From Lama glama (lineage: Eukaryota), in NCBI GenBank assembly GCA_028534125.1, contig CM052817.1, positions 79,176,001 through 79,240,000 on the forward strand: a stretch of DNA of 64,000 bases, given 5' to 3'. Position 1 is the first letter of the stretch, and every line of letters starts with the position of its first letter. The position numbers were made by a program, and so were the translations under genes. The notes under the pieces are model-generated. The model did no database searches, was not told the origin of the DNA, and worked only from the letters and a program-made list of their open reading frames with translations. Below, in pieces: positions 36,286 through 64,000 of this stretch.

Positions 36286-39200
36286 CTGTAAGTGGGGAAA
36301 AAAATCCACTTTTAGTAAACATTCACTGGGTGAATCAGATCATGAAATGAAACATATACCAGAAACTCACAAATGCTATTTCTGTCTACTTGAGTTAAGA
36401 ATTATAAAATCTTTGTTTGGTAGCCCAAACATGTATGGGTGCCCCGTTCCTTTTCCCTCCTCCTCCAAGTACAGGAAGGGGGGAGGGTATAGCTCAGGGG
36501 TAGAGTGCCTGCTTAGCACGCACAAGGTCCTGGGTTCAATCCCTAGTACCTCCACTGAAATAAATACATACAAATAAATAAATAAACAAACCTAATCCCC
36601 CACTCAAAACAAAACAGGACAGAAAGCATTAACTACAGCCTACTCAAAACACCTGGCCTGCTAAGAGAACAGCTTAAGGAGGCTGTGCCTGATTTGTCAC
36701 TCCCTTAATAAAGTTCAAATGTCAACGATCTCTGAACCATATGATAGCCTGGAAAAGCAAGCTTCTTTAATATCTATTCATGTTAATTCTTACTTTGGAT
36801 TTTTGTACTTTTCTCTTATCGACTGTTGTGCATGCTGTGGTGCTTTGAGGTAGGTCTGGTGAAGGTCCATGAGACAAGGCTTAAGAGTTTCCAGCGTATA
36901 TCCAGTCTTTTGTACTAATGATTCAGGCTACAGGAGGGAGTAGAAAGCCATTGAGTTTGTTTTTAGTAACAGACAATAAACGCAACATTAGTTGGCATTA
37001 AGCTTGAGTTTTGTTAAACTTCAGTACTAACAAATCCAACCAACAGAACTTCCAATTTTCTCAAGCTATTAGTCCATCTCTTTTGCTGATTTTGATCAGT
37101 TTTTACTATTTTCCCTGCCAGCAGCAGGTCTCATGGCCCAAATTCTTTGAGCACACCTTTCACATCCAAGTAATAAGCTTTCTACCTAACAGATACTATT
37201 AAACAGGTAAGACTAAGACACTTTAAACACTGTGGATGGTTGAACAACTTTTCCAGGTCAGTACATCCAGACAACCATCAGTTGTATCAGGTGATTATTT
37301 AACTTGTGTGGCACGAGCATTTAAGTCACAAGTCACGAGGTAGTATGTGAAGACGTCGTTGTACGTACCCAGCTTTGTCCCGTGACTGTGTAGAGTGCTA
37401 AATGAAAGGCTGCTCCAGCGATAACTGATGGCAAATACTTCAGATATGGGTCAGCATCTATCAAACTTAACTCTCCCAAAAACTGGAATGAAAGAATAAA
37501 TATACTTTGTAATCATAAGAGCTGTGGAATTCAAACCTCAGGTTCTTGCCTTCTGACCCTTTTTTTTTGTCTTAAGATTAGCTCTATAGCAACCATGGTG
37601 AGAAATCTCCATAGCCACATCTTTAAATATATCCACTATCTTAGTGCTTTGTTTCATTCTCATCCTGTATTTTTCCTTGTAATAGCTCTAAAAACAACTC
37701 TTTTGGCTACCATTTCCCAAGACTGCATCCTCATACCACTACTTCTAGTGTTTTCACAATTTATATTTCTCTTGCCAATGATAGGCTGTCTTCCATACTG
37801 CAGCACTCATCTGTTCCCAGAATACTAAATCCCATGACTAAGGTTGTATAATGAAACTAGGGCTTGCCCCTAGTTATGACCTTAGAATCTTCATTCAACA
37901 AAATGAAAAGAACTTACCATTGCTAAACTTTCAACTTTGCAGTTTGCAGACTGCTGGTGTAGAAAGTACTGGGTAAGAAACTGATTTATTGTTGGTGCAG
38001 CTAAGTCAAAAGCAAGGACTTTCAAAACTAGGTGCTCCATTCTCAGAACTTGTTTCTTGGTATAAGTGTCATCAGTAATGTATACAAATTCTGCTACTTC
38101 TGGCGGGTATATTTCTTCAAACTTTCTACAGTGGAAGAAATTTTAAGTAATCAGTCCATCTAAAGGAAAAGCAATTTGTTTATCCCCCTTGAAATCCCTT
38201 AAGCAAAATAAATGGGATGAACCCAAAACCTATACCCTGAACCAGTTGCCTGTTTTCACTGATACTTAGCCATTTCTAGCGGACACTGGGTAAATGCTAA
38301 TTAGAAGACCCAAATATTTCTCCACTGCAGTCAAAAGAAATAAATGAGAGGCACAAGACTTCCCAAGATGGGAAAAATACCAGAGTTCAAATAACTGAAA
38401 ATTCAGGTTATTTTCTCAGAAAAATAAATGCGTTATATTTTAGTTTTCACGCCTTAATGGGGAAAAGATAAGATTTTGCTTATATGCTAGAAAGTACTTT
38501 ACAATGGAACGAACCACACTTTGTAATCCAGTCCCAGTGTATTAATAAAATGTCACCAGTCTCCAGGTTCACTCAAGAAGGTACCCCGAAATCCAGTAAT
38601 GTCCTAAATTTTAAAAGTTTCATCCACACCACCCCTAAAATAGTTGCTGACTCTCTGCCTTGTGTAGTATATTAAAAATCGCACTTTAAAAACCACAATT
38701 TCTCCCCTACACAAAAAGTACTACTAACCACTTTTAATCCAACAAACCAAGTTGGACTTACGAGGCTAACAGCATAGCAGCGGTGCCCACAAGCTGAAGT
38801 TTTCCTCTCAACACAGACATCGATGAAAGAAACCTATCAATGTAGTTCACAGCCAAATGCAGGGTCTCATTCTGTAGTTTATATTCTTCTCCTACTTCAA
38901 CTAACCAGTCCACGAGGATAGCCCTCATACTGTTAGTAATGTCTGGCTGTTTCTTCATGTAACCCACTTTAGGCTTACATTTAACCTGTTGAGAAAGTTA
39001 CTTAGTATAGTGTTAAAATTGCAATTAGATTATTCTGCCATTAACAGACGCTACATGCTACAAACATAAGTATAGCATTAGAGTACTCCACAGGCAGTTA
39101 AAAACTTGAAAACATTATCCTCTCAATTTCACTTCAACAGAGTGAATAAAGTATGAAGTGGATTCAGAGAGCCTTTACCTCCATTTCCCTAAGGTATGTG

Positions 39201-41840
39201 TGAATGTCCTCGTGGTAGTCTGGTACTTCATTAACACTCACTGGCTTTTCATCTTCCAGTACAATTGACATGTCCATAGTATGTGGTGACTCTGGGAGAG
39301 TTCAAAAGTACAATGAAGTTCACTTTCAATTTTCTGCTTAATAGCAAAGTTAAATTTAATAGTTAAACTGAATAGCTAAAAGTGATTGCCCTTGTAAAGA
39401 GGCCCATACTACCAAAGTATTTATTTTATCCAGCTAAAATCTTTTCATGACAAAGTACATAGAAGATTTCATTCTGATTTTAGTACCTCTGTTCACTTAG
39501 CTTTGGAATAATTTTAATTAAAAAGAAAAAATACTGATAGGCCATTAACAGGAAAATGAGTTTGAGGAGCAGGTATTATTTTAAAGTATCATTCATCTCC
39601 CATGACAGGAATACAGTTCTGTTAGGACAAAGCTAAAATCCAAGTTTTGAGATATCAAGGATTTGTCACAAGAGTTTGCAGAACCCCAAAGTCTGACATA
39701 CTCAAAGCACAATCTAGGCAATAACTAGAAGCAGTGCTAACAAATGTGTTCAAAGAGAAAATCAGATTTGTTATATGTTCACACATATTAACACTACAAT
39801 CAATGGGTGATTCTTTTTTTGTAAATTTAAATTATTTTTAGAGGCAAAGAATATCACCCATTATTCTTACTTCAGGGTTTACTTTCAGGTTAAAATCTGT
39901 TGCAAATTTTAAATAAAAATACACAAAATTATTCTATTTCCAAAGGACTTCCCTGCTCCTCCCAGACCACCCCTCATCAATAAAGCTAAACTGAGAATGG
40001 ATTTCATGAGCTGTCCAGTGACTCAATAGCCTGATGGCAAAGAAGCAGCATAAACTGTAGGCAGAGCCATTTGCAGCAGCTACTCTATATTACATGTGGT
40101 TAAATGCAAACATTCATGGTTCAACTACTAACTCACAGGACAATGTCCTCCTCTGGTATCAGAGGATTACTCAGACTGGTTTTACAGAAACAAAATTTTA
40201 AAGCTGTAAGAGATGTTGGCTGTCACATAGCTGCATCCTCAAATAGCACTTTCTGAAGTGGTAATGTACAAAATGAGTCTTAAGAATACAAGTAAATATA
40301 TTCTCCCAACCAAGCATATATTTCCAGGGTCAGATTAAAGTGAATGAGATCTAATTCTGGGATGAAATTGATGTGATTAGCAGTGTACCAAAAGGACCAG
40401 ATTAGGATCCTTTTGTAGGTCATTAGGTCTCATATTAACTGTGAGGTCTGAGATAAGTCACACCCTTTCTAAACTTGATACATTAAACCTAACAATTTAG
40501 AAAGGATCCGGTAAAATAATGTCTTAAAAGACAGAATATAATTAATCCAATCTATTTAATAATTATGACTACATTGATTTGATATAGATACTGTAAACTT
40601 ACCAAAACTACCATCCATTGGGTAATCAAGAGGTACCAGTGGTTTTCTTGGTCCAGGTAAAGTAATAGCTGAATTAAACGCCAAGACATCTTCACTTTCT
40701 GGTTTTTTAGATTCAGCTGGCCTCTTTTGAGTCTCTTCTGCTTCATCCACATGAATGGTAAATGGAGGCTGTTTATTGTTTGCTTTCCAGGGAGGAACAG
40801 TGACATGCTCATCATTTATAGGAAGATCCTTAAGAGGTGCAACCTAAAAAATAAATAACTGGCTTTGAGCCTATTAATGGTTTTGCTTTCATCCCCTTAT
40901 CGGTCTCAGCCTCTGCGTTTACTCCCAAATGCATTATCAGGAAAATTAAACTTTCTGGGGCAAAATCCAGGCAAGGAAATTTGAGTAGTTGGAGAAATAA
41001 GGGATGTTCTAATTTGTCACAGGCATTCCTGGAAAGGTTTTAGAGTCATGCTAAGTGGAATTATGCAAAATTAATCAAGGCCACGAGATGGGTGGAGTGG
41101 TAGGCCGAAAGATGACATAATTTAGGAAAGAAATGGCAACAAAGTGGTTCACCTCTCTCGCCCCAGGGTGGAGCAACAGAGCAAATCCGGTAAGATGGCG
41201 GAATTGACCAAAAGCAAAGTATTCTTTATACCCTTTCCCAAAATAAGAGATAATGTCTTAACTATATGGGGAGGATGAAGGAGGTCCGGGCAGTGCCTGG
41301 GGCTTACAAGTCGAGAGAAAGGCGCGGAGGCGGGTAAAGACCACACTCACGTTACAGGGCTTGCTTTGACCCCATTATCTATAGAAAAATACTCCCAACA
41401 GACAGCAAACAGGCAGCATAAATGCATAGTGCTGGCAGGGAGAGTAGTGGGAGAAACCAATGGGAGTAACGTGGCATCCCACACTCCAGAAAACCAGGGG
41501 TCAAGGGACTCTAAACCCTGGCCTCCCGCAAAAAGCCCAGCGAATGCTTTCTAGCCACTCTGCCGACTAAATCCACGCAAAATTCCCGCTCGGCCCACCG
41601 TCGGACAGATATCGCTTATCTCTTTACCCGTCGCGTCTTAGGCCTCTGCTGTGGCGCTGCACCCCGCGAGTTACCAGCCTTCAATACCGCCAGCCCAGCC
41701 CGGGTCCGAGGCTGCTGGGCGGGCGCCGCCTTCTCGGGGTTGATGTTCTCCTGGTCCTCCTGGAGCGCCGCCTGCTGCAATGTTAGCAGCGCCGAGCCCG
41801 CCTCGCGGGCCGCAGGCCCGGGCGCGGAGCTGCCCAACAT
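36237..41840 (-). CDS. CCNA2: Cyclin A2, complete spliced CDS, 8 exons, 431 aa
   Basis: complement(join(36237..36285,36794..36927,37369..37482,37918..38125,38762..38985,39179..39291,40603..40843,41628..41840)) = 1296 nt, GT-AG introns, phases consistent. N-terminal DQEN motif and D-box RAGLAVLK, cyclin box [19 protein letters not shown]-terminus [15 protein letters not shown]. Confidence 0.98.
36478..36614 (+). mobile_element. Camelid Vic-1-like tRNA-derived SINE in CCNA2 intron 7 (antisense to CCNA2)
   Basis: ggggagggtatagctcaggggtagag...ggtcctgggttcaatccctagtacctcc with (AAAT)n tail and aaacctaat; flanked by acagga on both sides. Confidence 0.9.
36794..36927 (-). CDS. CCNA2: CCNA2 coding exon 7
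   Basis: tag|[44 protein letters not shown], donor AA|gtaaga. Confidence 0.97.
37369..37482 (-). CDS. CCNA2: CCNA2 coding exon 6
   Basis: cag|[38 protein letters not shown]|gtacgt. Confidence 0.97.
37918..38125 (-). CDS. CCNA2: CCNA2 coding exon 5
   Basis: tag|[37 protein letters not shown]...KVESLAM|gtaagt. Confidence 0.97.
38762..38985 (-). CDS. CCNA2: CCNA2 coding exon 4
   Basis: cag|[31 protein letters not shown]...GTAAMLLA, donor TC|gtaagt. Confidence 0.98.
39179..39291 (-). CDS. CCNA2: CCNA2 coding exon 3
   Basis: cag|[37 protein letters not shown]|gtaaag. Confidence 0.97.
40603..40843 (-). CDS. CCNA2: CCNA2 coding exon 2
   Basis: tag|[20 protein letters not shown]...[10 protein letters not shown], donor G|gtaagt. 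Confidence 0.97.
41628..41840 (-). CDS. CCNA2: CCNA2 coding exon 1
   Basis: ATG at 41840, [19 protein letters not shown]...QQRPKTRR|gtaaag. Confidence 0.97.
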
Positions 41841-42090
41841 CACTGCTCCCAGAGGCGCGGCGGGATCAGCCTGCGGCGCCAAGCAGCGTGCACTTCGTTC
41901 CGCCGACCCCGCCGAGGAACACTCCAGCCGTACCCGTCAGCCACAGCCCGGGCCAGCCTGCCCGCCTGCTTGGGATCGCGTAGGGCCGAGGAGGTTCCAA
42001 AAGGCGGAGGCAGGCACTGCGGGCGTGGAGAATCAAGGACGCCCCCGAAATGAAGCGAGCAGCCCGCCGGAGCGGCGGCTGTTCATGCAG

Positions 42091-42150
42091 TTCAAGTATC
42101 CCGCGACTATTGAAATGGACCAATGAAAAGGGCCGAGACCCGTGACGTCA
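42091..42150 (-). promoter_or_regulatory. CCNA2: Cyclin A2 cell-cycle module: CRE, CCAAT (NF-Y), CDE, CHR
   Basis: CRE TGACGTCA 42143-42150; CCAAT 42120-42124; on the gene strand TCGCG (CDE, 42106-42102) then CTTGAA (CHR, 42096-42091); the established cyclin A2 DREAM/MuvB promoter arrangement. Confidence 0.93.
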
Positions 42151-43973
42151 CTCGGGGCGACGCGGTGGCAGGCGAGTGAAGGCGGCTGCGAAGGCAACCG
42201 AGCAGGGGCGGAGCGCGGCGAAGAAAGGAGGAAGTCCGCCTGCGCCGGGCAGAGAGGCGGGGCCAAAGTTTACGATAACTTTATCACAGGCAGTAGGCGG
42301 TTTCTGTCTCAGGGCAAAGGCTGTTTCTAGAATAAACTAAATTAAACTTTAGCATTTATTAGTGGGCTGCCCAGGCCTTCAATCCTAGGACCTCCAATTA
42401 GTTTGACTAGTTTCCTAAGGTCTAAAATCTGATCCGGCCATTTACTGGCCTGGTGGTCTTGTTCAAATTATTCAATGTCTCCAATTCTCGGTTTTCTTAT
42501 GTTAATTAGGAGTAATAACATCTACGCATTACACAGTTGTCGTTAGTATTAAATACCGTGCGTAAATCATTTAACTCGCTGCTCGAGTAACTGATACTCA
42601 AGTGGGAGACTATAATGTCATCATACCATTTAGGTGTTTCCTCACAGTCTTACGCTTTTTTATTTTTCCTAATGAAGATGCAATTAATTTAAGGAGCCAC
42701 CTTGAACTACTGTTGATATGTATAACCGATAGTAAGATACTACAAGAAATTGAACTTTTTTCCCCAAGCTGTGGCAGCCAACAAAAAAGCACCAAGTAAA
42801 ATTCTAGTGACCTGGATATAATTGTGTTCAATTTTGTTTAAATATAGTAAAAACAATATGACTTATTAAAATAAAACTCTTAGCAATATGTGCCTTTAAC
42901 AAATTTTCACATTTAATGTACAAGGTTTGCACATAACTAACAAAATGGTATATAATTAAGCAGCATTCTTGTTTTCCAACAAATTCATGACTGTGCCCTT
43001 CTTGAAAACATAAATTGCTTATTTCCTATTAAAATCCTTATGTTATTTTTAAAACCTTTAAATACAATCACCTGAATATGAATGAATGTGAATTAAGATT
43101 AATGAACAAAAATTCTGTAGCCTTAATGTCTTATTTCCCTCCGTATACGATAAAAAGGAAATTAGTGGATACTAGTTTAGGAAAACCTAAGAAGCTAGCA
43201 TTATTTCTGCACTGTATACATTTAGCACACTTGTATAGCCCTATTGGTTACAGCACATCAAGTTAAGATCCCCTCAAACTGCAAATTCTGATTTCTCTGG
43301 CCACAATTTATAGCACTAAGCCAACTGAAGTATTACACAAACTGAACGTGGGTTACAAAACATTACCAGGCAAGAGTGAAATCAGCTGCAAATCAACCTC
43401 AATTCCTAGAAGAAATAATTTATAGGTTATTTCTCCTGGTTGACAACATACATAGTGACCAGAACACAATCCAGGCATCAGGACTTGGGTCCCACCTTTA
43501 CAAAATAATACCATATCCTCTCAAACACTCAACCCACTGAGAATCAGTTCTCTTATATGATTTGACAAAATAGTCATAAATATGTGTTGTGAAGATCAAA
43601 TGAGGTAACATTTGTAAACACATTTTGAAAACTGTAAAGCAGTTTATACATATGCATGTTAGCTTGTTAAATATTTGAATATATTTTTATTTTCTAAATA
43701 GTATTAGATCTAAAAGTTAAAACATCCACTTGAAAAAATTCATTAAAATTCCTTATAATCACTCCACTTTTGTTTTAAAAATAAACATTCTCTTTATCTT
43801 TAAAAAGTTCTACTTGTCAAAAAAAAGCATTACTAAAAAAAATTGAATCTCACATATTTTAGATGATATTAAAAAGCATATGAAATAAAAGAATGTAAAG
43901 ATAGTCTGTAATTCTGTTTTAACATTTCTCATTTAAACAGACAACTTCTTTGGAACTTTACCTCGTTTATATT

Positions 43974-61988
<18,015 letters not shown>

Positions 61989-64000
61989 CTAAAATAAATT
62001 TAAGATCAAGTATGTCATCAATAAAATTTCACAGATATGTTAAAATAAGCCACAAAACTTATTTTCCTGTCTGCCAAGATTCAACATATATTTTTCGAAT
62101 ACTTATTATGTGCAGACACTGATATTGGAAAGGTAAAAGTCCTGCACAAATGGCAGAAAATTCCAGTGCTTTTTAATTCGGTGAAAGAAGATTGAAAATG
62201 ATTCGTACATCTGTGTACCACTTGGCTACAGTAGTCAACTACTAGTCATTTTTAAAAAAATTACATAGTCTAGTCATTTTTTTTTAAAATTACATAAGCA
62301 AAACTCTCAGTACATTTAGTTCATTATCTGAATTCCACAGACCACCTCTCATGTGTTTTCTCCAAATAGTTTTTCAGAAGAATAAAGATAACAGCTTATA
62401 TGGAACCTTTAGGGAATTTGCTACTATGGAGAAAAACCAACTTTTTCAGATGGAAATGGAAAAAAAAATTCTTTAACAGTTGGAAATTTTATATTGCTCC
62501 TTTTTCTCCCTGAACTTTTATTTTCATTCCACTTCCCCCATATACATTTATCTTAATGTAATGCACTCATATGCTTGAAATTCTTTTACACTTCTCTGCA
62601 ACCAAGACAAAACAAACTGAATTTTTTTTAATCTTCTGTGACTACAAAGCTCTAAGCATTAGAAATTTCTATCATTATAATTATTAGTATTTCACAATTG
62701 ATCAAGAGTTTTAGTAAATAATAATTAACCACAAAAACAAAATTCTATAGGAAATACATCTCATGAGATGAGTGGGACTTTTTTCCCTTCCAAATTATTC
62801 ATGTATCACAAGTGAGTATTATTATATATTGCGAGTCAGTTCAATTCCTATTTTTCATTTTCATAGATGCAAGCACAAATCGACCTTAGTCCCATAAAGA
62901 TATTGATGAAAATAAAAGAAATTTTGTTGTAGAAAGTTCACTTGATTGTTTAAATATCTCCCAAGTCATAACCTAAAATCACCAAATCTACCACCAAAAA
63001 TGTTTTTAATGATATAGCATCTGACATCTGATTATGTCCTCCTCCTATTTATTGAAAGCAAAACACTGGAAACCGTCTGACTACAGATGGATGTTTTATC
63101 CAATCTACACAGTCACACATATTCTCAGTTTCTGAGTGGTTTATCAAGTAACTATTGTAACTTTTACTCTTTTACTCACTTAGAAGTATCTTATTTAGCC
63201 TAATGTACTCAGAAAAAGTTACAAAAATTAGAAAACTTCTATTTTTTTTGCCAATGCAATATTTTAATGAAATTCATTTTTCTTATGTACTTTAAGTACC
63301 TTTTTGCAAAAGTATTTTGTAAAAGATTTAACTAATTCAACTTATATTTTTAAAAAACAGTCATATAAGCATAAAACAGGAGATCCTAGACGATATAGTA
63401 CAGATATGGTTCACGTAAGTAATATCACAGAATACCAATTATGGGAATTCACCAAAAAAAGGCCTTGGCCATTGCTCAAAATATTGGTGAATGAATATAT
63501 ATTTAAAAGTTTAAGTTAAAATGTGATGTTTAAGGTAGGTATTTATTGTCTTTTTATGATTTGCCCCTTAACTTTTTTGATGAACCAATTGTCAGTCCAG
63601 ACTGTGTCAGATACGAGAACTTCTCCTCATTAGGAAAACTATAAAGAGTGATACGATGAATCAAGATGAGGCAGCATATTTGAAGCCTTAACAAAACCTG
63701 AAAGTGGTACCTCTATCATCATACTAACAGAAGAGTGGGAAGATAGGAATTCTTAGTGTCTCACCCAGCAGAGGAGGGGACATGCTATGTCATTACTGAG
63801 GTTTGGACTGGAAGTCAAAGAGGAGATGTGGGGTCTAAACAGGAACCTCCTCAGGGATCGATGAGAAAAAACAGGAGATTATCAACATAGGATTATTATA
63901 CACTTTTAAGCCCAAACTATTATTGGCATCATTAGCAAGGTGACTTTTTATACCAAGGTAAATTGAACAAATATGAAATAAATCTAGGAAGTAAATTGTA

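Larger units (their letters stand above)
41540..42300 (-). promoter_or_regulatory. CCNA2: CCNA2 CpG island / promoter
   Basis: CpG-dense region covering exon 1 and upstream; GC boxes GGGGCGGAG 42205-42213 and GAGGCGGGGC 42254-42263. Confidence 0.9.

Noticed and set aside
36481..36555. tRNA-Ala-like sequence
   Set aside because: Acceptor stem is not properly paired, and it has a G-rich head and (AAAT)n tail typical of a SINE, so it is not called a tRNA gene.
41740..42330. Overlapping plus-strand ORFs (up to 128 aa) antisense to CCNA2 exon 1
   Set aside because: Expected from stop-codon scarcity in a CpG island; no recognisable protein similarity.
61989..64000. Search for a further BBS7 exon
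   Set aside because: No BBS7-like frame with splice sites seen; the next exon presumably lies beyond the window.

Overview
Mammalian genomic DNA, most likely a camelid (alpaca/llama/camel), judged from two Vic-1-like tRNA-derived SINEs. It is the conserved EXOSC9-CCNA2-BBS7 locus. Bases 1-26 kb are repeat-rich intergenic DNA (L1, L2, MIR, MaLR/ERV LTRs, hAT and Tigger elements, and a 100-N assembly gap at 10016-10115). EXOSC9 is complete (+ strand, 12 coding exons, 26345-35521, 440 aa). CCNA2 is complete (- strand, 8 coding exons, 41840-36237, 431 aa) with a textbook CRE/CCAAT/CDE/CHR promoter. The last 11 coding exons of BBS7 are present (- strand, 61988-43974). I checked all exon boundaries by hand for GT-AG ends and reading-frame continuity. 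I found no convincing new biological system. The best leads are a probable U12-type (minor spliceosome) intron 9 in EXOSC9, convergent EXOSC9/CCNA2 3' ends with interleaved poly(A) signals, and an intact ERV1-type solo LTR carrying a periodic CCAAT/octamer array. Repeat family names come from recognising consensus sequences by eye and need RepeatMasker confirmation; repeat boundaries are approximate unless TSDs or TIRs are cited.
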